64,000 bases of DNA, from NCBI GenBank assembly GCA_040954595.2, contig CM082578.2, positions 12,462,520-12,526,519 on the forward strand, read 5' to 3'. Shown here piece by piece: positions 28,747 through 41,900 of the stretch. The position numbers were made by a program, and so were the translations under genes. The first letter of the stretch is position 1, and each line of letters opens with the position of its first letter. Origin of the DNA: Balanoglossus misakiensis. Its lineage: Eukaryota; Animalia; Hemichordata. The notes below the pieces were generated by a model. It searched no databases. It saw only the letters and a program-made list of their open reading frames with translations, and was not told where the DNA came from.

Positions 28747-31070
28747 ACGTGTTGAGATATATTCGTGTAATATGGAAGGTGGGTTTTAATCTGCAATGGG
28801 TAAGGGAAGCAGACTGCGAAGAACAACTATGTAATTCGGATCTGCCTTCAAAGGGGAGCATCAACCGACAGAGTTCCAACTCATGTATTCACGAAATATT
28901 GAGAGTATTTTATAAATGTGCTATAGCTCCATCAGATATATACATTGCGAAGTGGAACAGGAAATATCCTGTTGAAGTTATTGTAAATAATTAGGTGCAA
29001 AACTGATCGTTGTATGATACTGATTGTAGACGAATGAATTATCCTTATCGACTTTACGGGTCGGCTAAATGTTCTGTCTGATCAAGTTCCCCAAATATCT
29101 CTCCAGTCGGCTAAAAGCCGATACTGAAATGGTAAAGGTCGATAACCCCTACTTCTGAATATCAATCAAATACTAAACTGTAGTCAGATATCGATCTTCT
29201 GGTTCTTAGCGGATTTCGTCTAATTTGGTTTGAATTTTTTTTGAAGTGGCGCGTTCGTGCTGCCCGGTAATTTAGCATGACGCTTGAAGACTCTTCACGG
29301 AGGAACATTTTCTACAAGAAGCATTCCGTCTGCGTGACAGTTCGGGCAACCCGCTATTTTGTGCCGCGGTTGTTGTTGTTTTCTCTCCCTTCTTTGCAGT
29401 TTCCCGCGCATCCAGTGTACTTCACTTTCATACCTGACCGAAAATGATTAAAAAACACAAAATTTGCTGATCGACGCGCGCTGTGACACCAAAATGACTT
29501 GATAGGTCGCGTATTCACACCGTACGACAGCTTATTACGGCATTGTATCCCTAATAAAGGCGAACGGCGGGTCACGTGCCCCAATTTTGCCAATGCCCAC
29601 AATTTTCAGGACAAATAAAGGGTCGCCAGCGTAATGAATGATAGGATAGTGATTTAATTACTCTCTCCCGAAAAGCCCTTGAATTGCACTGTGAAATAGC
29701 CCGGCAATCGGGTGGTCCACACCTGCAGTTTTTTTTCATCACTATTCTTCTGCTTCTGTTAGACTCAAGGTTTCTTTTGATGCAAAAAGAACTTGTCGCA
29801 CAATAACCTTCATTTATTTACCAGCCAGATAAATAATTCCGGTGTAGGGGGATAGGTGTGATTGGATTAAAGGCGTTAAAGTGTCAATAAAATGTATCAC
29901 TTAGACTCATCACTGTTCTCGCTGATCAATGCTTTGTGCGACTTCAATATTAAATGTTGGCAGGTTGCGCCGTCAATATAAAGTAGGCTGCGTTGCGTTT
30001 AAACTACGTGTAAAAATAGTACAGTGGCCCGTTTTGAAAGACGCGAGATTCATGTCCAAAATGTAGTGATTTAACAGAGTAGAAACAATCGCCATGCACC
30101 GTTCGCGAACGCCACACATGCCGTAAAAGGGTGAATTGAGTTTCACAAGGGAGACGCCATTTTTAAAGCTATATCAAATTAAGCTTTATTTGAATTTACA
30201 CCTTCTGTAATTCGAAGGGTGGTTCGGAAATAAAGAGTTAGGGCATTTGAACAAGTTGACTCACGGTCTCTCGTAAAACGTTTGGCGGCACCTTCTGGCA
30301 AAAACGGATTACTGTTCACCGTAAGGTAGTCTTTGTGCTCAACTCTGATTTTGGGAAAATCGTGTGATCTTCCGATCATTCATTTTGGGTTATACTATTC
30401 AGAAGACACAAAAAGGGCATTTTATATCACTGTGACACGATTTCCTGCCGTTTGGGCCGTGAAAAGTGTGACGCAATGCGGGGAAACATTTGTATCAAAA
30501 CCAGGCGAAAGAATCTAGGTCAATTAGTCGAAATTGCATATACATCATGTAAAGTCACGCAGAAATAGACACCACATTTCCCACGCGTGTTCGCTCATGT
30601 GGAAAATGCCACCCGTCTCCCTAAAGAGTTGGACAACTAGTTGTGTGGTTCTTCATACTCTGAATATTTTTGGATACCAAACTCCCCTGATTAGCTTTGA
30701 CATGTCTTTCGCCTGATTGATGGCAGTCTTTGTCAGTTATGACGTCATCCTGCCACTCCTCTATGGACCCATCACAGACTCTTACACGGATTAACCTCAT
30801 TCATTTCCAGTGTTTGTCATCAGTAGCTCCGCGGCCATTAGTTATTGGATGATGTATATTGTGCATGTGCGTTGTCTCGTAGTATAAAGAAACTGATTGA
30901 TCTGAAACAGGATATATACATACAACGTATATATCATGCACAGTTGGCGTCATATTTTTATAGTAAAGTGTTACAGTTATATTGGATTAGATTATATTAT
31001 GGGCTCGACCAAACGTGAATCGTATATTTCTGCGGTTCTTAGCGGACAATATGGTGACCTGTGATTCAAG

Positions 31071-31115
31071 TTTGTTGTTGTTGCTGCTGTTGTTGTCGTC
31101 GTCGTCGTTGTTGTC
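31071..31115. repeat. (GTT/GCT/GTC)n compound trinucleotide microsatellite
   Basis: Seen directly. Confidence 0.85.
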
Positions 31116-34100
31116 ATTTCTCAAGTATTTCTCGTGAAACTAATATATTATCATATGTATTCCCAAGAATTAGAAATATCATATTTAAAACATGCAAACA
31201 AAACGTTTTCTTGGTAGTACCAGGGATGGAATAATTTCATGTTGGCGCGAATGTCATGTGACGTCACATTGAATCCGTCGTTCACTGTCTGCCTGTATGA
31301 TCGATTGTGACATGTTGAAAGCGCGCGCTACTCGGCCCAAGTAGGCTGTTCATGTAAAGTGGCCCGGTTATTAGCACTTGCATCTTATCAATCAACACAA
31401 TCCAGAGAATGCAAACACGATCTAAAAAGAGACAGAGAGGGAGAGAAAGAGAAATGAAATACCAACGTGAGAGAATGATCTTGAATGATAGTGACTGGGA
31501 TTCCTTGCATATGGCCCATTGACACGTCAATTTATAGAACTGTTAATGCAGTTGCTTAGCAACGGCGATATATATAATATCTGTGTGTGTTCGTGTGTTA
31601 TATCTTCGCGTATTTTAACCCTATAACAATCATTACGTTATAACAGTTGCGTGATAAAATACGCGTGTTTTCCCATGTGTCACTAACATCCTCTTTCGTG
31701 GTTTGCGGATAAATATTGTTTAATTAAAATGGTCCGTGTCCCTTTTCCCCCCTTGGGATTTTGCACACGCATCGTCTTAATTAAAATGTCACCGACAGTT
31801 GTCAATTCTGTCCTGGATTGCGGCTTCTCGTTAATCAAAAATCGAGCCGGACTCCAATTGGTGCCAGCACCGGGGAAACAGTCAATTGCACGTGCAACGT
31901 CAGCAGACTGCAATCGGACACCTATTCTGTAGAATCACTGTGAAAGTTTGCATTCCGACGTTACCATGTAAACGATTGTCCCAAGAGAGTCGTTGCCAGA
32001 CAGTATCGAAGGTCGAAACTACTTAAATGACAGTGAGATATCACGTGACAGGTCGATACTCCTTTCTTCAGATTCCCTCGTTCCCTCCTCACACAAGAAC
32101 TTACATAATGTAGTACCAATGTGTGTGATCATAGGTGATGTCGTTCGGGGAGACGGAAGATCAACGTCTTTAAAAAATAATGTGATCACATTTGAAGCGC
32201 ACACCGGTGGATACATGCAGAAACTACAACATTTTACCACTTTTCCAAAGTTCTGGCGGTCAAGGTCCCTTTCTTTCGCATCTTTTTAATGAGGAATAAG
32301 CACATGTGCCCCAAAGCACAGTTTTGCAAATGAATGTTCCACACGTGCAAATTTGAACAGAGAACTTCGGCTGAGCCGCGGCCTTATCCCATGGCCCCAA
32401 GCGGTGACTTTTGTCCCACGCAGACTCGATAACATTGTTGAAAACCCTTTCGACGCGACTGTATCCATCGAGTCTCAGTTTGCCTCAGCTTTCTCTTTCA
32501 ATGGACAAGAGCGAATAGACGCCGAAATAAACCAATTTCAACAGCGCAGTGTCTAATGAATTTCTTTCTATTTATCTTTTAGCTAGCCGTGGGGATTGAT
32601 CGAAGCGCGTACTTTCTTTTTTTTACCGGGAATGGTTGGAGAACGCAGATAGTAAATGAGGGGTCGAGAGGATAGAAAAAGTGCTATAATACCTGAGATA
32701 GCTGTATGAAATTATACTCAGTTTTCAAGCTTTAAGAAAACTGATTAAAAGGCAGCTCTGCAGGTATTGTCAGTGACGTTTACCAAACTGTCTGGAGATT
32801 TCAAGATGGCGACATATATTTAACCTGCCAATAGAAGCAGCTCCGAGTTTTAAAAAAAGAGTACAGTAGATGTTTGCATGTGTATCATTCTATATCCATG
32901 CGACGAAAATTAACGACGAGTTCTGGCTTAATCGTTCAGTTGTACCTTTCCCCCGGAGATAAAGAGCACCCGTTCCCCCTTGTTAAGGGCGGCGAAATCA
33001 GAGTTGACGCGAAACTCATACACACGTCTCGGGTAATATCTCTTAAACACTCACCTATGAGCCCGCCAAATTGTGCGCTATTTTTACAGGCGTCGCTCCG
33101 CGCTCCTGAAAAGTCGTCAAAGATAATTCAAAACTGTAAATCAAGTGATAAATCGGTCCGTTGAATTGGCATGGTCTTCGGTTAAATTTGAATTGCCCGT
33201 CAGCCATACGTGACAATCCGCCCCTTTTTCAAATGAAAGTGCTCATATTCTGAACCGCGCTGTGATATCAAATCTGCCAAGGGTCGCGCCACGCAGCAGC
33301 TTTGTGTGTGTGTGATTGCTCGCGCGGATCTTTATTAGAAAATTAGTTGGTTTTTAAAGATTTTTTACGGTGTTTCTCGTGTGAGCTTATAGACAATTAG
33401 GATATCTTTCACGTCACTCTGCCTTCAATTGCATTGCGCTCGTGACTGGTACAGGTGATAAATTGCGGGTTTATGAGCTATGCATCAAAGGACAGACGTT
33501 CTGTGGCAAATATGGAGCACTAACAATTATGATCTCCCATTGATCAATAGCGGGCATAAAACTGGCTTCAGTACTAAAACTGTATCGGCTCAGCATTTGC
33601 CACCGGTGGTTTAAAGGGACAAAGTCGACATTTGTCATTATTTGGGTTATTTTCATTTCTTTTGATGAACTATTTATTAGTATGTTATTCTGCGCAATGA
33701 AACATGCTAACTGACCAGTTGTTACATCTCAAACCACACCCCGTGCATGGGTATAACATGAGAATATGTCTGCAATATAATTTTTGGTACCGACCAAATA
33801 GTCTATAAACAGAAAGAGAAAAGATGGTCAAACGGTATAATGCCCAGCGTCTAAGTGAAATTATCTTAGTCACGATCCAGATTAGAATCCTATCATTGTC
33901 GACTAGAATTCAACAACAAAAATAATTTCTCTAGGAATACCTTACGAAATTAGGTCACCTACTCAGTAAGTGTGTTTTTCAGTCGCTGGCCTGGATTTAA
34001 GAGTTTGCGGTTTCCAAGTTTGAGAAATTGTTACGATTACGATCAGTTTGATTCTATACCAACAACGTTATCGGTAAAAATCGCCTGCAGCGAGTTAGGT

Positions 34101-36276
34101 GTACACTGCCCCAGTTACGCTGTCCACGTGACAGATAAAGCCCAATGGATACACATGACTGGAAAAGTTTTCCCTCGACAGTAACGCGTGAATAGATAGT
34201 CGGGAATAAGCTCGAAGAAGAATGGAGTTGCTAGGATGCATAGAACGTTAAAGAGGGAAAATGTGTAAAGAGGCAAAATTTGAGGCCTTTGCGCAAATTA
34301 TTATAGCAAAGTAATCTAACATTTATCGGTAATTGGGAATTCAAAATGGCCTCCGTTCTCTAATAAGGGGGAAAACTAAATTGTTGACTTACTAAAAGGG
34401 AACGGAGAATGCTTTTATCTTCTTTGTATTTTTGTGTGGAAATGCTGCAGAAGCTTCGGGTGTTCGTGTTTGGCGCGAGTGGGTGTACTTTTGTATGTTG
34501 GCGAAGAGAAGCACCGTATTTTCAACTAGCTTAGATTTAGATGGGATATATTTAATTGCAGGAAGGTGTGAGAACGGCCCATTCCACCACTCCAGCTCGG
34601 CTTCGCTGTTTGTTTATCAAATGACTGTGTAGGTATTTAGTCTGCTGTTTTGCGAGACTCTACAGCTTTCTGGTTCCCTTGGCAACAAACGCGCGGTGCG
34701 GTGTGTGCAATCGCAAGTGAGCTACTACGCCTTCTGTGAAGCCCACAACAGTCATTTTCTGTACAGTTTCCGGCTTTTTCTGAAGGTGCCATCAAATGCA
34801 CAGCGTGTAAAAGAATTTTGCAGTGACCACGTTCTCAAGTCTTACTTAACAACATTTCAGATTTCATCTAACCTGCTAGACATTGGATAATCCAATTTTC
34901 ATCTGCATGTCAAATTGTTTGATTTTCTTCATTCGCCGTGAATCTAACTCTACACACGCTGTATAGACTTTGGGGAATGTCGCATTTTCTGCATTTAATG
35001 GTGCTTTATTGAAGCGGCATTAAAATGCGTCCGCCGTAAACTGACATACGTGCGTGAAATACTGAACGCAACGCGAGTAGGGGAGAAAATGTATGGCTCA
35101 GTCCAAGAAGCGATCCACTAGCAGAATCCAGACGTGTCCGGCTCTGTCTTTGCATGCAGACGTCTTCCTGTATGTTGATTGGATGTTTGAAGCAGACGCG
35201 TGAATACCCAGCATGCATTGACCGCGCGTGCGTCAAAGGGGGTAACAGAAACCCCGAGAGACGCACTCTGCACTGTATTAGGAGGGGTTTGGGAAATTGA
35301 AGTTCTGGGCGTAGACGGAGATAATCAACACCTGTGAATAAAGATAATCTAATATTTCCCTTTTCGAAGTTCCTGTAAACTTTACAACAAAAACTAATCT
35401 CGTGTAGCCTTGTAGGTACAAGTGAAAGCTTCGTCGCCGCTGTGACGCATACAAGAAGAAAATGTCATTACGGACTAGTTTTTTGTCTAAACTTCTAAAA
35501 AGGTGCGACCTTGCTGTGAAAAAGCTTTATCTGCACGCTTTTGGGGGAAAACTTGACCTTGCCTGAAATTGGTAGATAACGCAGGAATAGAAATCTAAAT
35601 GGAATAGTTGTATTCTGTGAATCATTAGCGCATTTTAGAGACAGTGTTATTGGATGCGTTGGTGGGGGATGAATCTGCCTTGTCGAAATCGGTAATTACC
35701 GACAGGTGAACAGATGCGTCTTAGGTGAATAGGTTAAATAAAGTTTGTAAGATAAGAAATCCACCCTTTTTCACAATTATACAAACAAGCGCACCAATAA
35801 ACATGCAATGCCAGCAAAGGGATGACAATCTTTTGCACAGTGCTTGGAAATTGTTATAATCTTTGCCATACTTGATGGCTCTTCTGCGTGTTTTCTTTTC
35901 TTTTTTTGTCATTCAGACATATTGGGATCGTTAAGTCGATGTAAATCAATTGACGTGAATTTGAAATAAGTGTTCTCGTGAAAACCTTCCATAAACGGGG
36001 AATTGGCGCGAGAATAACGATCGATATAATCTTTGTTATGATTAAACATGACCATTGAGCATGACGTGGTGTTTTCTAATACTCATTTTACGTTCGCGTT
36101 TGACGCTCCATTGCGTCTCTCGGTGGTTTCTCTCTCTTTCTTCATCTCCTTATGTGCAGACGAAGCAGGAGACAGCGGTGATACTATAAATAGACAATTT
36201 CACGCAAAAATGGTACTGTAATTCACTTGGGATTATGTGATTGCAAATGTTCTTCCTGCGCGTTGACGGCGGGCGT

Positions 36277-36325
36277 CTCACTCACTCTCACTCGCTCACT
36301 CACTCACTCACTCACTCACTCACTC
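36277..36325. repeat. (CTCA)n microsatellite
   Basis: Tandem CACT/CTCA units ~120 bp upstream of the first visible receptor exon. Confidence 0.92.
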
Positions 36326-36416
36326 TGCTGTTTGTGTCACAAACATGGACACTGGGTTATAGCTTGTCCCGTGGGACTTACTAAAACTGAACAAATAGTA
36401 ATTTACATTCCTTTAA

Positions 36417-36815
<399 letters not shown>

Positions 36816-38938
36816 TGATTAATGAAATTTATCAGCGATATTCAATACTATTGTTACAACAGACATCATTATAAGCAACCAGTTGTTATTTTCGTCACAT
36901 ATATGCGTACCTTTGAGATTACATGCATTTAGTTTATGAGTCCCATACGACGGTTGGGAACAGTCCCAGCGACTGTGTCCCTGTTACGGATTCATTCAAT
37001 ACTGTAAATTGATACAATGTCTATAATTATTCTGCCGTTCTCTTTATCCCCACAAGGCTTTTCTACATTTCCCAAATTACCTATAATACATATATAATGA
37101 AATTGATAGAAGTAATCCATTCCTCTTCAGTCAAGAATTCCTCTGTTTTACTTAAATCTGTCCTTATCACTGAATCTGCCATACCTCGTGAGAGTGAATC
37201 CACATTCAGTGCATTACAGAAAACGATTCAAAATACCGTCTACACGGTTCCATACTTCGCATTCCTGGCGTTGAGCTTACATTTTTTTCCGTTTTTAAGG
37301 TTAAGCTTGTGTGGAACTCTGTTATGTAATTGAATTGAGCTATACTTTTCAGACAATCAGGCTTCTTGACCTCTACGGTCAAACTTACGTTGTCATTACA
37401 CACCGTTGTATAGCTAAACCATTGATGCATATGAATTCGCAGCTATTTCATTCACTTTATTCAGGTATAAATCACTATAGAGGAAATTTATGCGCATTGC
37501 TATATTCCCGTGTGAGGCTTTTCCCGATATTGGTTTTCTCTATATACAAACGCTGTATTCTCATGTACCCTCCCTCGTCCGCTCACCGAATGTCGCTTTT
37601 CAAAAGTGAAAACAAACCAGAGTGAATCGTTTGTAATTTTGATGACAGCGATTACGTTTGAATGAATATGCCATTCTAGTAATAATCTGAGAAGAAAACG
37701 GAATACCCAGCGAGCAATTCCCAAACAAACTGTTCGTTCATGTAGTTATACGCAGTCAGTGCATTATATGTTACAATTCAATAGCATTAGCACTTCCAAA
37801 AGACAAAATCGTGACAGATTTTCTTCATAAAAATATTACATTACATTACATTTATGTTAGCTAAATATAACCGCGGCTCTAACAACGGGCAAGGTCTCGA
37901 ACCTTCAGTATTGAATCGAAGGAAACCTTTGACCTTTCTATTAAAATAGGGAAATATATATGTCAGTCAACGAACGTGTTAGTTCATTTCATTTGTATGT
38001 ATTTGCTTTCCGGCATCGTCAATGAACGCGTGGTCGGTTCACCATGGAACTGTGTCACAATACATGAAAGAAATCAGTCTGACGTCTTTTTTTTAAAAAA
38101 ATGTAAACTTCACTTTTTTGGAACCCATCGTTAAAGAAGTGAATGACCTTGGTCGTTTTGTTTACAGTTTAAGAAAATCGTTTAATGGTATAATTTTAGA
38201 TTCATACAGTCTGTACGTGCCATATCAAACGTATATCGGAGCGCGGTGAAAGCAATAACAAAATTATTGCATTTCTCTTGCCGACCGTAAAGGTCGTGGA
38301 TGGAAAACGCACTTTGTGAAAAAGGGAATTTGCGCACAGTAGTTTGGACAATAGTTGCCATTTAAAATGTGATACAAAACAATTACTCGAGGTATATATA
38401 GCTGTTTGAGAAAATTAAAGGTGATCGTGGGGGTCAAACCCCGCCCCACCCCCTGAAACAAAATAACACCCTTGCTTCTACACAGAAATGTTCGATGAAT
38501 ACGTGTTTCAACTTTGTAGTAAAAGCTATACAGAGACAGCTCCACTGTGTACACTGTCGCCAGGGATTCGTGCGATGTATAAAAACGGTGCTTTTATGTC
38601 AAATATTGTGCACAGATTTCCCATTTGACATGATATAGTTTTGGATCCATTTGCGACTCTGAAAGGCGTCAAAAACGCCAATTCATTCGCTGCTTCATAT
38701 ACACGAGGTGGGAAAACTTGGAAGGACTAAAGTAATATCGATAAACTCTTGAGTAAGGTGGATTTATCTGTAGGTAGAGTGAGAGAGAGAAAAGCGATAT
38801 GGCTTGCCTCAGAAAGATTGCATTTCACTTCGTTTGATATTTTGAAAGGGGGCCTTTGAGATACATTGCCAACAGGGGGAACCGCTCTGATCTTAAAAGG
38901 TCGGTCGACCAGTACAAAAAACATTCGTGTGAAGAAAA

Positions 38939-38969
38939 TTGTTGTTGTTGTTGTTGTTGCTGCTGCTGA
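38939..38969. repeat. (GTT)n(GCT)n microsatellite
   Basis: Seen directly; source of the poly-L/Q/T spurious ORFs. Confidence 0.9.
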
Positions 38970-41900
38970 TGTTCCTCTATAACCACTGCGCGTGCGTACC
39001 AAAACCAACATTGCCTGTTCCTTCCCCTACGATTGCGTATCCTCGATGGCGTCACTCTTCACAAGATTATGAAAGAAAGAAACTTTTACGTCTGGGAATG
39101 AGTGGCTTATTAGTCAAATGACTGACATATACTCTAATCCAAGCTAAAAGTGCGCGCGGTCTGCGTACATGACGGAGAACGTAAATGCAACGTGATTGAA
39201 ATAAATCTCAACCAAGTGAGTAATCAGAGACTTTACACTGCCTGTTCACACAGCGCCCAATTATAGGTGGAGTTTTTTGCATTTCGTATGATTTAAGTTC
39301 ATTTAGCGCAGTTTATTCGCTCAGCCGGAGCGTGGCATATGTTAAAGCCAGGGGCGAAAAATATTAATATTAATTAAATTGCCACCTTTCGCAATTCAAG
39401 ACTTCGAAGCAAATTAAATGTAGCCGATAAATGAAAACTGAACGCCGTAAGCATAAACAGCCACATTCAAAATGATGGCGCATTTCCTATCAGTTGCTTT
39501 GTTTGTACGCATGCGTGCGTAAATAATCCCAAGATGAAACTCGGGCAGGCAGATATTACGCTCTGTTGAAAGCTATTTTGATTTGCTTCACGGAATTTTC
39601 TGAAGCTGGCATTGTGTATTTCTTAGTGGGTAATTTGAACTACTATACAACGGGCAGGCGACTGCAGTTGTGTGTTAACTGTGATTGCTGTGAAGGAAAG
39701 GGTTTTCTAAATTGAGCTGCATTGTGCTGTTTGTGCTTTGCGCGTGGGGGCATGTACTCAAGCGCAGAGAAATTGAACTCTGTCGGCTCGGCGCGCTCTT
39801 TCATTCATCTGAAAATCAAAGTTATTCATGTTCAATATTTGCCATCGTCTGCGCCCTTTCCCATAGCCGAGGCTGAATCAGTTGCTATGGACTATCTGAT
39901 ACCTTGCATAGAGACGCGCTGCATTAGATACGTTTAATATGACACCACGACAGATCGTCCGAGTTGCACAAAGAGCTCAAAAGATTCCCATGAATTTTAT
40001 CTTCACGTTCTTTTTTTATTTGTGACGGATGATGTGCAGTGCAGCATGGTGAAGAATGCAGTGTTCGTTGACATCTCACAAATGCGATCCATTGAAATGT
40101 GGACAATCGCGAGGTGTTCAGACCTTCGGAGTGAGTTTCTGTCAGTATCTAAAATCGAAGGAACATTAGCGCTCACCTGCAATACATCACAGAGATATCC
40201 TATAGCTATGCTCATGGAATACTCGCTCCGGGCATTGTGAAGTGCTTTCCCTACTTTCCGTTGACTGAAGTCGATTCGCGGTGATTTTTTTCGGTCACTC
40301 TACTACTAGGTCAAACTCAAACGATAAATTTTCACTTCAAATGGTGGTGTTAACTTATGTTTTTGACTTTTAAAATATCTTAGTGTGCTCAGTTCTCAGC
40401 TTGCATCATTTCTCAGTACAGAATGTCACTCTCGAAATTAAAACTATTTAATCCTTCATTCCCGGTAACCAAAATTCAATTTCCTTGGCCTGTATCAATT
40501 GATCGTGTTTCCCAAGCACTACCCCGCCAGCTAATTTCCTCCTCGAAGAAGATCGAGACGCGGCAAATTATATCTCGCTGATCGAAAAGTAATCAAAATG
40601 GCCGAGCCCGGGGGTCAAATATTGGTAGGGCGACCTCTATTGACCCCACATTGCTAACTGCATTGATTGAGTTCAAACATGTGGAAATAGTCACATAAAA
40701 ACCCCGCGGCGTCGGACAGAAAAAGGGACGATCGCAATCTGTTTACTAAAATGGCATTAGATTCGCAACATAAGTGTTGCCGAAATCAATTTGAGAGAGA
40801 AAAATCAGGACGAACTATAAGTGTTTTACTGTGCCTCGTGTCTGTGTGTACACCCAGCATTACAATCAGTACAATGTACGTGACTTGTCTTTGCTCGGCA
40901 TGAAGGCATACATTTTTGCGTCCGACCAGCTGGTGATGTGACGCGTATATGTACACACAGCAAACCCCTTCTCTTGTGGACACATTCTTAAAATAGACGC
41001 TCCGAAGAGAAACAATAATCGTGGACTCTCTCCCCCGTGTCGCCGTTGGGCTTGCTTTTTTTCCATAAATCCGAGAACGCGTGGCGGCAAACGCTTACGG
41101 CAAGAACCGTGCCACAGAGGTCGCGATGAGGGAGATTCGGTTGCCTGGTGTACGGCGAAAGGCGCTGCTCGCACGGAACCACACTGGCTGACTGCGTATC
41201 TGTTTACCGGCCAACTCCCCCGGTCAACCTAAATTTAGCAAAACTCTCGCGGCGAGAGGTGTTTGTGTCATTTTCGTAAATTGCTCTTCGGGCATTTTGT
41301 GTGACTGCGTTTCATTTTGCTCAGTCCCCCCGATATTGGGTGTTTATGTAAGCGGCGTGTGCCGTTAATCACTGATATAGGTAGAAGTGATACGAGTCTA
41401 TCGAATATATTTCATGTCCAAGTCACGTAATCAATTAGTTTCACTTTGAGCGATGCGATAGTGTTTAGTGGTTATTCAAACACCAAACTCCGTCATTCAG
41501 AAGAAGGGAAAAAAACGAAGTCGAAGTATTCATGATGGAGAAGACGCGATTCAAATTACACCAGTGTTTCTGAGTTCACAGGGTCTGAAAGATGTCAGAC
41601 GATGAATTTAATACACGCCGGTTAAAATGTTGAATGTGTACAAAGAAAGATTGCTTCGCCTTCTCTGTGGATGCGTAGCGGTGCACCAATAATTGCATCA
41701 TGTGCGCGAGGAATTTTGCTGCGCGTGTAGCCATGACGTGGGGGGATAAAAAAATGCCTAAGACAATATATTTCGGGCAGAACAAACGAGGGACTTTCTG
41801 TTGGTCATCGGCCTGAACTCGCACAAAGAGAACTTCGCCATAAAGATCGATTTTTTCTGCGATCCAGAGTTCATTGATGATCGTAAAGGTTTTCCCGTAA

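Noticed and set aside
14390-28879. Long minus-strand ORFs (up to 795 aa) of a 29-aa repeat MTIFRLCESSKFLHFLKKSWVIAHENHPE; the commonest variant site is synonymous and the 6-bp deletion is in frame
   Set aside because: The unit length is a multiple of 3, so one open frame arises trivially. Recurrent TAA variants, +1 (~19570) and +2 (~25530) frameshifts, several non-synonymous variants and the lack of gene structure argue against coding.
33611-33850. TTAAAGGGAC... start resembling a TTAA-type (Kolobok-like) MITE end; similar TTAAAGG starts near 6615, 38415 and 49445
   Set aside because: No convincing matching right terminal inverted repeat could be found by eye.
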